Assembly (NCBI GenBank): GCA_950097015.1 | Contig: CATNEN010000001.1 | Location: 744,001-808,000 of the forward strand | DNA length: 64,000 bases | Direction: 5' to 3' | Source of the DNA: Macrostomum hystrix | Taxonomy: Eukaryota > Animalia > Platyhelminthes | In this document: positions 34,962 through 49,800 of the stretch, piece after piece | Layout of the letters: every line of letters starts with the position of its first letter | Numbering within the stretch: position 1 is the stretch's first letter | Made by a program: the position numbers and the translations under genes | The notes under the pieces: generated by a model | What the model was told of the DNA's origin: nothing | The model's database searches: none | What the model saw: only the letters and a program-made list of their open reading frames with translations

Positions 34962-37240
34962 TCATCCTCCAATGACGACATTGTGGTCGCAGTGGAGAAT
35001 CCTCCAATGACGTCATTGCAGTCATAATGGACCATCCTCCAATGACGTCATTGCGGTCATAATGGACCATCCTCCAATGACGTCATTGCGGTCATAATGG
35101 ACCATCCTCCAATGACGTCATTGCGGTCATAATGGACCATCCTCCAATGACGTCATTGCGGTCATAATGGACCATCCTCCAATGACGTCATTGCGGTCAT
35201 AATGGACCATCCTCCAATGACGTCATTGCGGTCGTAGGGACCATCGTCCAATGACGACACTGTGGTGTGTGTGTTAACCTTGGCTCGGCGGGCCAGGGCC
35301 AGTACCTGCTCCTGGGAAAAGCTCGGCGAAGAAGCCCCAGACGGTCTTGGGCTGGGACCAGAGATCCCGCGGGACAAGCGAGGTGGGACGAGCCGGGCAG
35401 GCGAACAGATGCGTGACCGACTCTTCCTCGCCGTGGCATCGCGGGCAGGTGGCAGGCGACTCCTGATCGAGGCGGTGCTTAAAACTGGCCAGGTGAAGGC
35501 AGAAACCCGACCGGAGTTAGGCTAGCGTGGCCTGGGCGAAGCGCGGCAACTGCGTCTCGGAAGCGTCGATCACAGGCGGTGGCGCGCCGAGGACCCGATT
35601 TGGTTGCCGGTCCAGCAGGCGCTTCTGCACGCAAGCGGTGTGGAGGGCGGTGGAAACCTGGCGGGTGGTGAGCGGACCGGGCAAGGACGGAGAAGCGGCT
35701 GATGCGCGTTGATGAAGTTGGTGGCGCAGGTGGTGAGCGACGAGCGAAGTTGCCGCCGCAGGGCCGGGACGAGCGACAGATGATGACATGGGTGGAGCGC
35801 TTGCACCCAGAACTGCGCTGCCAAAAGTTCAGAGTGCAGGGACACCGGCAGGATCATACATTCGTCATGTAGATGATCGATGCCCGAGCAGCTGTGGCAC
35901 CCGGTGATGATTCTAAGCGCCGCGTTCTGCGCAGTCTTGATCAGCGACCAGCTGGAGGGGCTGAGGTAGGGCGCTCAGACAGGAGCGCAGTAGTTGACGT
36001 GGGCCCTGGAGATAGCTTTGTAGGTGACAAGCAAGGTCTCTTTATCTTGTCCCCAGGTGCTTCCAGACAGCGCTTTCAGGATGTTGTTGTTGCATTTGAT
36101 GCGGCTGGTGATGGCCTTGGCGTGCAGGTGAAATTTAAGGAGTGGGTCGAAAAGGACTCCAAGCAGCTTAGGGTTGCAAACCGTAGGAACAGGTGTTCCA
36201 CAGAGAAAGACCGTCGGAGCTGCATTGAACTCATGGTTGAAGCTCGTGAAGAGAGTAGCGGAGGACTTGGTCGGCGACAGCGCAAGGTCCTTCTTCGAGA
36301 GGTAGTCACACAGCTGGTCCAGGTACGGTTGGATGACAGTGGCCAGGTTGGTGACAATGGCGCCTCTCGTGCAGATGGTAAGGTCGTCAGCATATTGAGT
36401 CAGCTGGATCTGGGCAGGAGGAGCCGGGATGTCGCTCATGTAGAAGGCAAAGAGGAGCGGGGACAGAACCCCTCCCTGAGGCACGCCCGCTCTGAGACGC
36501 CTGGCCGAGGAGAGCGAGCCGCGGAAGAGGACTCTCGTGCTCCGACCGCACAGGTACGCACTGAGCCACCTGGTGAGGCGTTTCGGAAGGCTGGAGTTGA
36601 AGAGCATCCGGAGGAGCTTGGCGTGATTAACTTTGTCGAACGCTTTTTGCAGATCAAGTGCGACGAGCAGAGTCCTCTCAGCAGGTTTAGGTTGGCTAAG
36701 GCCGTTGCTGATGGAGCTGGTGAGGCTGGTGAGGGCGGTGGCGGTGGAGTGCCCCGCGCGGAAGCCATGCTGCCAGGTGGGAAGCAGGAGTGCGCTCTGA
36801 AAGGTGGACAGCAGGCACTTTTACAGCAATTTGGCGGCTGGAGAAAGGATGGAGATAGGCCTGTAGGAGGAGCTGCAGGTAGCATCTTTGTCCGCTTTGA
36901 GAAGAGGCACTACCTTGGCAGATGTCCAGGTGCTAGGAACGATACTGGTGGTGAGGCTCAGGTTGAAAAGGCAACAGAGGAAGGCAATTCCCCTTGGTCC
37001 AAGATGCTTCAGGACGATGGGGAAAGGCCATCCGGTCCAGTGGCTTTGGACGGCGAAGAGCTTTTGATACGACACTGTGGTCGTAGGGACCATCGTCCAA
37101 TGACGACACTGTGGTCATAGGGACCATCGTCCAATGACGACACTATGGTCATAGGGACCATCCTCCAATGATGACACTGTGGTCATAGGGACCATCCTCC
37201 AATGACGACACTGTGGTCATAGGGACCATCCTCCAATGAT
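34962..37240. repeat. 35-bp minisatellite (GGACCATCCTCCAATGACGTCATTGCGGTCATAAT) split by a LINE insertion (arms ~34962-35266 and 37069-37240)
   Basis: Period of 35 (35029 to 35064); the same unit resumes after 37069. Confidence 0.92.
35267..37068 (-). mobile_element. 5'-truncated, inactivated non-LTR retrotransposon (LINE): RT domain, C-terminal CCHC zinc finger, (AC)n tail
   Basis: Minus-strand motifs KATGPDG, YRPISIL, QHGFR, LDLQKAFD, GVPQGGVLSPLLF, QYADD, KLLGV, LA*LRSG, CPRC-x8-H-x3-C. In-frame stops at 36821, 35975 and 35517 plus frameshifts near 37020 and 35730. 13-bp flanking repeat ACGACACTGTGGT at 35254-35266 and 37069-37081. Clade not assigned. Confidence 0.93.
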
Positions 37241-37865
37241 GATATAGATCAGGCCCAAATGCGACAGAATTTTCGCCCAATCGATATTTCGCCCAAGTGT
37301 GCAGCTAAGCAATCAATACTTTTATTATGAGAAATTCGACTCTGCTTTGACATTGAAGCAATGTTTTTTCAGTCTAGCCAATATTATTCTCATACGTCAA
37401 CTAAAATATTGTTTAACTGAATGAAGCTTAATAACAGTTTAGATTTGTTCCTACGAACCGAAAATTACCGAAATTACCATGGAGAGAAAAAGGCAACAGA
37501 TTTCAAAGCTAGCCATGGCTACTTTAAAAGGCTTCCTAACTTTTCAGCTTCTTTTTCAACAGCCATAGTGGGAAAATATTCTTCTTTCTTTCAAGCATTG
37601 AAGCTGGTCGAGAAAGAGCAAACAAAGAAGAAATTGTACTGAAAATGCGTCAAGGGTTCATGATGTTTTCTAGCTTCTGTTGTGCGTGTGGTCAGAATGC
37701 TATGGAAACTGCTGAAACAAGTTACTTTTATTTTAGGTGTGAAACAGCTTCGTTTCACAAAACCCCTTTTAGCAGACTTTTTTAAAGATTTGATACAATT
37801 CATTATAGCCGACGAGAGCGACAGTTTTGATAAATTTAGTCGCAACTTTGCAGTTTCTGCTTGTG

Positions 37866-40800
37866 TGTGAGGGATACTAATGATCTACTGTGAGAGATGC
37901 TAATGATCTACTGTGAGAGATGCTAATGATCTACTGTGAGAGATGCTAATGATCTACTGTGAGGGATACTAATGGTGTACTGTGAGAGATGCTAATGATC
38001 TACTGTGAGAGATGCTAATGGTCTACTGTGAGAGATGCTAATGATCTACTGTGGGAGATGCTAATGATCTACTGTGAGAGATGCTAATGATCTACTGTGA
38101 GAGATGCTAATGGTGTACTGTGAGAGATGCTAATGGTGTACTGTGAGAGATGCTAATGATCTACTGTGAGGGATACTAATGGTGTACTGTGAGAGATGCT
38201 AATGGTGTACTGTGAGAGATGCTAATGATCTACTGTGAGGGATACTAATGGTGTACTGTGAGAGATGCTAATGGTGTACTGTGAGAGATGCTAATGGTGT
38301 ACTGTGAGAGATGCTATTGATCTACTGTGAGAGATGCTAATGGTCTACTGTGAGAGATGCTAATGATCTACTGTGAGGGATGCTAATGATCTACTGTGAG
38401 GGATGCTAATGATCTACTGTGAGAGATGCTAATGATCTACTGTGAGAGATGCTAATGATCTACTGTGAGAGATGCTAATGATCTACTCTGAGGGATGCTA
38501 ATGATCTACTGTGAGAGATGCTAATGATCTACTGTGAGAGATGCTAATGATCTACTGTGAGGGATGCTAATGATCTACTGTGAGGGATGCTAATGGTCTA
38601 CTGTGAGAGATGCTAATGATCTACTGTGAGAGATGCTAATGGTCTACTGTGAGAGATGCTAATGATCTACTGTGAAAGATGCTAATGATCTACTGTGAGA
38701 GATGCTAATGATCTACTGTGAGGGATACTAATGATCTACTGTGAGAGATGCTAATGATCTACTGTGAGGGATGCTAATGATCTACTGTGAGAGATGCTAA
38801 TGATCTACTGTGAGGGATGCTAATGATCTACTGTGAGAGATGCTAATGATCTACTGTGAGGGATGCTAATGATCTACTGTGAGAGATGCTAATGATCTAC
38901 TGTGAGAGATGCTAATGATCTACTGTGAGGGATGCTAATGATCTACTGTGAGGGATGCTAATGATCTACTGTGAGGGATGCTAATGATCTACTGTGAGAG
39001 ATGCTAATGATCTACTGTGAGGGATGCTAATGATCTACTGTGAGGGATACTAATGATCTACTGTGAGGGATACTAATGATCTACTGTGAGGGATGCTAAT
39101 GATTTACTGTGAGAGATGCTAATGATCTACTGTGAGAGATGCTAATGATCTACTGTGAGGGATGCTAATGATCTACTGTGAGGGATGCTAATGATCTACT
39201 GTGAGGGATGCTAATGATCTACTGTGAGGGATGCTAATGGTGTACTGTGAGAGATTCTAATGATTTACTGTGAGAGATGCTAATGATCTACTGTGAGAGA
39301 TGCTAATGATCTACTGTGAGGGATGCTAATGATCTACTGTGAGGGATGCTAATGATCTACTGTGAGGGATGCTAATGATCTACTGTGAGAGATGCTAATG
39401 ATCTACTGTGAGAGATGCTAATGGTGTACTGTGAGAGATTCTAATGATCTACTGTGAGGGATGCTAATGATCTACTGTGAGAGATGCTAATGATCTACTG
39501 TGAGAGATTCTAATGATCTACTGTGAGGGATGCTAATGATCTACTGTGAGGGATGCTAATGGTGTACTGTGAGAGATTCTAATGGTGTACTGTGAGAGAT
39601 GCTAATGGTGTACTGTGAGAGATGCTAATGGTCTACTGTGAGAGATGCTAATGGTGTACTGTGAGAGATGCTAATGGTGTACTGTGAGAGATGCTAATGG
39701 TGTACTGTGAGAGATGCTAATGATCTACTGTGAGGGATGCTAATGATCTACTGTGAGGGATGCTAATGATCTACTGTGAGGGATGCTAATGATCTACTGT
39801 GAGAGATGCTAATGATCTACTGTGAGAGATGCTAATGGTGTACTGTGAGGGATACTAATGGTGTACTGTGAGAGATGCTAATGGTGTACTGTGAGAGATG
39901 CTAATGGTCTACTGTGAGAGATGCTAATGGTGTACTGTGAGAGATGCTAATGGTGTACTGTGAGAGATGCTAATGGTGTACTGTGAGAGATGCTAATGAT
40001 CTACTGTGAGGGATGCTAATGATCTACTGTGAGGGATACTAATGGTGTACTGTGAGAGATGCTAATGGTGTACTGTGAGAGATGCTAATGGTGTACTGTG
40101 AGAGATGCTAATGATCTACTGTGAGGGATGCTAATGATCTACTGTGAGAGATGCTAATGGTGTACTGTGAGAGATGCTAATGGTCTACTGTGAGAGATGC
40201 TAATGGTGTACTGTGAGAGATGCTAATGGTGTACTGTGAGAGATGCTAATGGTGTACTGTGAGAGATGCTAATGATCTACTGTGAGGGATGCTAATGATC
40301 TACTGTGAGGGATGCTAATGATCTACTGTGAGGGATGCTAATGGTGTACTGTGAGAGATGCTAATGGTGTACTGTGAGAGATGCTAATGGTGTACTGTGA
40401 GAGATGCTAATGATCTACTGTGAGGGATGCTAATGATCTACTGTGAGGGATACTAATGGTGTACTGTGAGAGATGCTAATGGTGTACTGTGAGAGATGCT
40501 AATGGTGTACTGTGAGAGATGCTAATGATCTACTGTGAGGGATGCTAATGATCTACTGTGAGAGATGCTAATGATCTACTGTGAGGGATGCTAATGATCT
40601 ACTGTGAGAGATGCTAATGGTGTACTGTGAGAGATGCTAATGATCTACTGTGAGGGATGCTAATGATCTACTGTGAGGGATACTAATGGTGTACTGTGAG
40701 AGATGCTAATGGTGTACTGTGAGAGATGCTAATGGTGTACTGTGAGAGATGCTAATGATCTACTGTGAGGGATGCTAATGATCTACTGTGAGGGATGCTA

Positions 40801-43800
40801 ATGATCTACTGTGAGGGATGCTAATGATCTACTGTGAGGGATGCTAATGATCTACTGTGAGGGATGCTAATGATCTACTGTGAGGGATACTAATGGTGTA
40901 CTGTGAGAGATGCTAATGGTGTACTGTGAGAGATGCTAATGGTGTACTGTGAGAGATGCTAATGGTGTACTGTGAGAGATGCTAATGATCTACTGTGAGG
41001 GATGCTAATGATCTACTGTGAGAGATGCTAATGGTGTACTGTGAGAGATGCTAATGATCTACTGTGAGGGATGCTAATGATCTACTGTGAGGGATACTAA
41101 TGATCTACTGTGAGAGATGCTAATGGTGTACTGTGAGAGATTCTAATGATCTACTGTGAGGGATGCTAATGATCTACTGTGAGAGATGCTAATGGTGTAC
41201 TGTGAGAGATGCTAATGGTGTACTGTGAGAGATGCTAATGGTGTACTGTGAGAGATGCTAATGATCTACTGTGAGGGATGCTAATGATCTACTGTGAGGG
41301 ATGCTAATGATCTACTGTGAGAGATGCTAATGGTGTACTGTGAGAGATGCTAATGGTGTACTGTGAGAGATGCTAATGGTGTACTGTGAGAGATGCTAAT
41401 GATCTACTGTGAGGGATGCTAATGATCTACTGTGAGGGATGCTAATGATCTACTGTGAGGGATGCTAATGATCTACTGTGAGGGATGCTAATGATCTACT
41501 GTGAGGGATGCTAATGATCTACTGTGAGGGATACTAATGGTGTACTGTGAGAGATGCTAATGGTCTACTGTGAGAGATGCTAATGGTCTACTGTGAGAGA
41601 TGCTAATGGTGTACTGTGAGAGATGCTAATGGTGTACTGTGAGAGATGCTAATGATCTACTGTGAGGGATACTAATGGTGTACTGTGAGAGATGCTAATG
41701 ATCTACTGTGAGAGATGCTAATGATCTACTGTGAGGGATGCTAATGGTGTACTGTGAGAGATGCTAATGATCTACTGTGAGAGATGCTAATGGTCTACTG
41801 TGAGAGATGCTAATGATCTACTGTGAGAGATGCTAATGATCTACTGTGAGGGATGCTAATGATCTACTGTGAGAGATGCTAATGATCTACTGTGAGAGAT
41901 GCTAATGGTCTACTGTGAGAGATGCTAATGATCTACTGTGAGGGATGCTAATGGTCTACTGTGAGAGATGCTAATGATCTACTGTGAGAGATTCTAATGG
42001 TGTACTGTGAGAGATGCTAATGGTGTACTGTGAGAGATGCTAATGGTCTACTGTGAGAGATGCTAATGGTGTACTGTGAGAGATGCTAATGGTGTACTGT
42101 GAGAGATGCTAATGGTGTACTGTGAGAGATGCTAATGATCTACTGTGAGGGATGCTAATGATCTACTGTGAGGGATGCTAATGATCTACTGTGAGGGATG
42201 CTAATGATCTACTGTGAGAGATGCTAATGATCTACTGTGAGAGATGCTAATGGTGTACTGTGAGGGATACTAATGGTGTACTGTGAGAGATGCTAATGGT
42301 GTACTGTGAGAGATGCTAATGGTCTACTGTGAGAGATGCTAATGGTGTACTGTGAGAGATGCTAATGGTGTACTGTGAGAGATGCTAATGGTGTACTGTG
42401 AGAGATGCTAATGATCTACTGTGAGGGATGCTAATGATCTACTGTGAGGGATACTAATGGTGTACTGTGAGAGATGCTAATGGTGTACTGTGAGAGATGC
42501 TAATGGTGTACTGTGAGAGATGCTAATGATCTACTGTGAGGGATGCTAATGATCTACTGTGAGAGATGCTAATGGTGTACTGTGAGAGATGCTAATGGTC
42601 TACTGTGAGAGATGCTAATGGTGTACTGTGAGAGATGCTAATGGTGTACTGTGAGAGATGCTAATGGTGTACTGTGAGAGATGCTAATGATCTACTGTGA
42701 GGGATGCTAATGATCTACTGTGAGGGATGCTAATGATCTACTGTGAGGGATGCTAATGGTGTACTGTGAGAGATGCTAATGGTGTACTGTGAGAGATGCT
42801 AATGGTGTACTGTGAGAGATGCTAATGATCTACTGTGAGGGATGCTAATGATCTACTGTGAGGGATACTAATGGTGTACTGTGAGAGATGCTAATGGTGT
42901 ACTGTGAGAGATGCTAATGGTGTACTGTGAGAGATGCTAATGATCTACTGTGAGGGATGCTAATGATCTACTGTGAGAGATGCTAATGATCTACTGTGAG
43001 GGATGCTAATGATCTACTGTGAGAGATGCTAATGGTGTACTGTGAGAGATGCTAATGATCTACTGTGAGGGATGCTAATGATCTACTGTGAGGGATACTA
43101 ATGGTGTACTGTGAGAGATGCTAATGGTGTACTGTGAGAGATGCTAATGGTGTACTGTGAGAGATGCTAATGATCTACTGTGAGGGATGCTAATGATCTA
43201 CTGTGAGGGATGCTAATGATCTACTGTGAGGGATGCTAATGATCTACTGTGAGGGATGCTAATGATCTACTGTGAGGGATGCTAATGATCTACTGTGAGG
43301 GATACTAATGGTGTACTGTGAGAGATGCTAATGGTGTACTGTGAGAGATGCTAATGGTGTACTGTGAGAGATGCTAATGGTGTACTGTGAGAGATGCTAA
43401 TGATCTACTGTGAGGGATGCTAATGATCTACTGTGAGAGATGCTAATGGTGTACTGTGAGAGATGCTAATGATCTACTGTGAGGGATGCTAATGATCTAC
43501 TGTGAGGGATACTAATGATCTACTGTGAGAGATGCTAATGGTGTACTGTGAGAGATTCTAATGATCTACTGTGAGGGATGCTAATGATCTACTGTGAGAG
43601 ATGCTAATGGTGTACTGTGAGAGATGCTAATGGTGTACTGTGAGAGATGCTAATGGTGTACTGTGAGAGATGCTAATGATCTACTGTGAGGGATGCTAAT
43701 GATCTACTGTGAGAGATGCTAATGGTGTACTGTGAGAGATGCTAATGGTGTACTGTGAGAGATGCTAATGGTGTACTGTGAGAGATGCTAATGATCTACT

Positions 43801-46800
43801 GTGAGGGATGCTAATGATCTACTGTGAGGGATGCTAATGATCTACTGTGAGGGATGCTAATGATCTACTGTGAGGGATGCTAATGATCTACTGTGAGGGA
43901 TGCTAATGATCTACTGTGAGGGATACTAATGGTGTACTGTGAGAGATGCTAATGGTGTACTGTGAGAGATGCTAATGGTCTACTGTGAGAGATGCTAATG
44001 GTGTACTGTGAGAGATGCTAATGGTGTACTGTGAGAGATGCTAATGGTGTACTGTGAGAGATGCTAATGATCTACTGTGAGGGATACTAATGGTGTACTG
44101 TGAGAGATGCTAATGATCTACTGTGAGAGATGCTAATGATCTACTGTGAGGGATGCTAATGGTGTACTGTGAGAGATGCTAATGATCTACTGTGAGAGAT
44201 GCTAATGGTCTACTGTGAGAGATGCTAATGATCTACTGTGAGAGATGCTAATGATCTACTGTGAGGGATGCTAATGATCTACTGTGAGAGATGCTAATGA
44301 TCTACTGTGAGAGATGCTAATGGTCTACTGTGAGAGATGCTAATGATCTACTGTGAGGGATGCTAATGGTCTACTGTGAGAGATGCTAATGATCTACTGT
44401 GAGAGATGCTAATGATCTACTGTGAGAGATGCTAATGATCTACTGTGAGGGATGCTAATGATCTACTGTGAGAGATGCTAATGATCTACTGTGAGGGATG
44501 CTAATGATCTACTGTGAGAGATGCTAATGATCTACTGTGAGAGATGCTAATGGTCTACTGTGAGAGATGCTAATGATCTACTGTGAGAGATGCTAATAAT
44601 CTACTGTGAGGGATACTAATGGTGTACTGTGAGAGATGCTAATGGTGTACTGTGAGAGATGCTAATGGTCTACTGTGAGGGATGCTAATGATCTACTGTG
44701 AGAGATGCTAATGATCTACTGTGAGAGATGCTAATGATCTACTGTGAGGGATGCTAATGATCTACTGTGAGAGATGCTAATGATCTACTGTGAGAGATGC
44801 TAATGGTCTACTGTGAGAGATGCTAATGGTGTACTGTGAGAGATGCTAATGATCTACTGTGAGGGATACTAATGATCTACTGTGAGAGATGCTAATGGTG
44901 TACTGTGAGAGATGCTAATGGTGTACTGTGAGAGATGCTAATGATCTACTGTGAGGGATACTAATGGTGTACTGTGAGAGATGCTAATGGTGTACTGTGA
45001 GAGATGCTAATGATCTACTGTGAGGGATACTAATGGTGTACTGTGAGAGATGCTAATGATCTACTGTGAGGGATACTAATGGTGTACTGTGAGAGATGCT
45101 AATGATCTACTGTGAGGGATGCTAATGGTCTACTGTGAGAGATGCTAATGATCTACTGTGAGAGATGCTAATGATCTACTGTGAGAGATGCTAATGATCT
45201 ACTGTGAGGGATGCTAATGGTCTACTGTGAGAGATGCTAATGATCTACTGTGAGAGATGCTAATGATCTACTGTGAGAGATGCTAATGATCTACTGTGAG
45301 GGATGCTAATGATCTACTGTGAGAGATGCTAATGATCTACTGTGAGAGATGCTAATGGTGTACTGTGAGAGATGCTAATGATCTACTGTGAGAGATGCTA
45401 ATGATCTACTGTGAGAGATGCTAATGATCTACTGTGAGGGATGCTAATGATCTACTGTGAGGGATGCTAATGATCTACTGTGAGAGATGCTAATGATCTA
45501 CTGTGAGAGATGCTAATGATCTACTGTGAGGGATGCTAATGATCTACTGTGAGAGATGCTAATGATCTACTGTGAGAGATGCTAATGGTCTACTGTGAGA
45601 GATGCTAATGGTGTACTGTGAGAGATGCTAATGGTGTACTGTGAGAGATGCTAATGGTGTACTGTGAGAGATGCTAATGATCTACTGTGAGGGATACTAA
45701 TGGTGTACTGTGAGAGATGCTAATGGTGTACTGTGAGAGATGCTAATGATCTACTGTGAGGGATACTAATGGTGTACTGTGAGAGATGCTAATGATCTAC
45801 TGTGAGGGATACTAATGGTGTACTGTGAGAGATGCTAATGATCTACTGTGAGAGATGCTAATGATCTACTGTGAGAGATGCTAATGATCTACTGTGAGAG
45901 ATGCTAATGATCTACTGTGAGGGATGCTAATGATCTACTGTGAGGGATGCTAATGATCTACTGTGAGAGATGCTAATGATCTACTCTGAGGGATGCTAAT
46001 GATCTACTGTGAGGGATGCTAATGATCTACTGTGAGGGATGCTAATGGTCTACTGTGAGAGATGCTAATGATCTACTGTGAGGGATGCTAATGATCTACT
46101 GTGAGAGATGCTAATGATCTACTGTGAGAGATGCTAATGATCTACTGTGAGGGATGCTAATGATCTACTGTGAGGGATGCTAATGGTCTACTGTGAGAGA
46201 TGCTAATGATCTACTGTGAGGGATGCTAATGATCTACTGTGAGAGATGCTAATGATCTACTGTGAGGGATGCTAATGGTGTACTGTGAGAGATGCTAATG
46301 ATCTACTGTGAGGGATGCTAATGATCTACTGTGAGGGATGCTAATGATCTACTGTGAGGGATGCTAATGATCTACTGTGAGGGATGCTAATGGTCTACTG
46401 TGAGAGATGCTAATGATCTACTGTGAGAGATGCTAATGGTCTACTGTGAGAGATGCTAATGATCTACTGTGAGAGATGCTAATGGTCTACTGTGAGAGAT
46501 GCTAATGATCTACTGTGAAAGATGCTAATGATCTACTGTGAGAGATGCTAATGATCTACTGTGAGGGATACTAATGATCTACTGTGAGGGATGCTAATGA
46601 TCTACTGTGAGGGATGCTAATGATCTACTGTGAGGGATGCTAATGATCTACTGTGAGGGATGCTAATGGTCTACTGTGAGAGATGCTAATGATCTACTGT
46701 GAGAGATGCTAATGGTCTACTGTGAGAGATGCTAATGATCTACTGTGAAAGATGCTAATGATCTACTGTGAGAGATGCTAATGATCTACTGTGAGGGATA

Positions 46801-49800
46801 CTAATGATCTACTGTGAGAGATGCTAATGATCTACTGTGAGGGATGCTAATGATCTACTGTGAGAGATGCTAATGGTCTACTGTGAGAGATGCTAATGAT
46901 CTACTGTGAGAGATGCTAATGATCTACTGTGAGAGATGCTAATGATCTACTGTGAGGGATGCTAATGATCTACTGTGAGGGATGCTAATGATCTACTGTG
47001 AGAGATACTAATGATCTACTGTGAGGGATACTAATGATCTACTGTGGGAGATGCTAATGATCTACTGTGAGGGATACTAATGGTGTACTGTGAGAGATGC
47101 TAATGGTCTACTGTGAGAGATGCTAATGGTCTACTGTGAGAGATGCTAATGGTGTACTGTGAGAGATGCTAATGGTGTACTGTGAGAGATGCTAATGATC
47201 TACTGTGAGGGATACTAATGGTGTACTGTGAGAGATGCTAATGATCTACTGTGAGAGATGCTAATGATCTACTGTGAGGGATGCTAATGGTGTACTGTGA
47301 GAGATGCTAATGATCTACTGTGAGAGATGCTAATGGTCTACTGTGAGAGATGCTAATGATCTACTGTGAGAGATGCTAATGATCTACTGTGAGGGATGCT
47401 AATGATCTACTGTGAGAGATGCTAATGATCTACTGTGAGAGATGCTAATGGTCTACTGTGAGAGATGCTAATGATCTACTGTGAGGGATGCTAATGGTCT
47501 ACTGTGAGAGATGCTAATGATCTACTGTGAGAGATTCTAATGGTGTACTGTGAGAGATGCTAATGGTGTACTGTGAGAGATGCTAATGGTCTACTGTGAG
47601 AGATGCTAATGGTGTACTGTGAGAGATGCTAATGGTGTACTGTGAGAGATGCTAATGGTGTACTGTGAGAGATGCTAATGATCTACTGTGAGGGATGCTA
47701 ATGATCTACTGTGAGGGATGCTAATGATCTACTGTGAGGGATGCTAATGATCTACTGTGAGAGATGCTAATGATCTACTGTGAGAGATGCTAATGGTGTA
47801 CTGTGAGGGATACTAATGGTGTACTGTGAGAGATGCTAATGGTGTACTGTGAGAGATGCTAATGGTCTACTGTGAGAGATGCTAATGGTGTACTGTGAGA
47901 GATGCTAATGGTGTACTGTGAGAGATGCTAATGGTGTACTGTGAGAGATGCTAATGATCTACTGTGAGGGATGCTAATGATCTACTGTGAGGGATACTAA
48001 TGGTGTACTGTGAGAGATGCTAATGGTGTACTGTGAGAGATGCTAATGGTGTACTGTGAGAGATGCTAATGATCTACTGTGAGGGATGCTAATGATCTAC
48101 TGTGAGAGATGCTAATGGTGTACTGTGAGAGATGCTAATGGTCTACTGTGAGAGATGCTAATGGTGTACTGTGAGAGATGCTAATGGTGTACTGTGAGAG
48201 ATGCTAATGGTGTACTGTGAGAGATGCTAATGATCTACTGTGAGGGATGCTAATGATCTACTGTGAGGGATGCTAATGATCTACTGTGAGGGATGCTAAT
48301 GGTGTACTGTGAGAGATGCTAATGGTGTACTGTGAGAGATGCTAATGGTGTACTGTGAGAGATGCTAATGATCTACTGTGAGGGATGCTAATGATCTACT
48401 GTGAGGGATACTAATGGTGTACTGTGAGAGATGCTAATGGTGTACTGTGAGAGATGCTAATGGTGTACTGTGAGAGATGCTAATGATCTACTGTGAGGGA
48501 TGCTAATGATCTACTGTGAGAGATGCTAATGATCTACTGTGAGGGATGCTAATGATCTACTGTGAGAGATGCTAATGGTGTACTGTGAGAGATGCTAATG
48601 ATCTACTGTGAGGGATGCTAATGATCTACTGTGAGGGATACTAATGGTGTACTGTGAGAGATGCTAATGGTGTACTGTGAGAGATGCTAATGGTGTACTG
48701 TGAGAGATGCTAATGATCTACTGTGAGGGATGCTAATGATCTACTGTGAGGGATGCTAATGATCTACTGTGAGGGATGCTAATGATCTACTGTGAGGGAT
48801 GCTAATGATCTACTGTGAGGGATGCTAATGATCTACTGTGAGGGATACTAATGGTGTACTGTGAGAGATGCTAATGGTGTACTGTGAGAGATGCTAATGG
48901 TGTACTGTGAGAGATGCTAATGGTGTACTGTGAGAGATGCTAATGATCTACTGTGAGGGATGCTAATGATCTACTGTGAGAGATGCTAATGGTGTACTGT
49001 GAGAGATGCTAATGATCTACTGTGAGGGATGCTAATGATCTACTGTGAGGGATACTAATGATCTACTGTGAGAGATGCTAATGGTGTACTGTGAGAGATT
49101 CTAATGATCTACTGTGAGGGATGCTAATGATCTACTGTGAGAGATGCTAATGGTGTACTGTGAGAGATGCTAATGGTGTACTGTGAGAGATGCTAATGGT
49201 GTACTGTGAGAGATGCTAATGATCTACTGTGAGGGATGCTAATGATCTACTGTGAGAGATGCTAATGGTGTACTGTGAGAGATGCTAATGGTGTACTGTG
49301 AGAGATGCTAATGGTGTACTGTGAGAGATGCTAATGATCTACTGTGAGGGATGCTAATGATCTACTGTGAGGGATGCTAATGATCTACTGTGAGGGATGC
49401 TAATGATCTACTGTGAGGGATGCTAATGATCTACTGTGAGGGATGCTAATGATCTACTGTGAGGGATACTAATGGTGTACTGTGAGAGATGCTAATGGTG
49501 TACTGTGAGAGATGCTAATGGTCTACTGTGAGAGATGCTAATGGTGTACTGTGAGAGATGCTAATGGTGTACTGTGAGAGATGCTAATGGTGTACTGTGA
49601 GAGATGCTAATGATCTACTGTGAGGGATACTAATGGTGTACTGTGAGAGATGCTAATGATCTACTGTGAGAGATGCTAATGATCTACTGTGAGGGATGCT
49701 AATGGTGTACTGTGAGAGATGCTAATGATCTACTGTGAGAGATGCTAATGGTCTACTGTGAGAGATGCTAATGATCTACTGTGAGAGATGCTAATGATCT

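Noticed and set aside
35873-37120. 415-aa plus-strand ORF
   Set aside because: Antisense shadow of the GC-rich RT frame with no recognisable motifs; such open antisense frames are common in LINE RTs.
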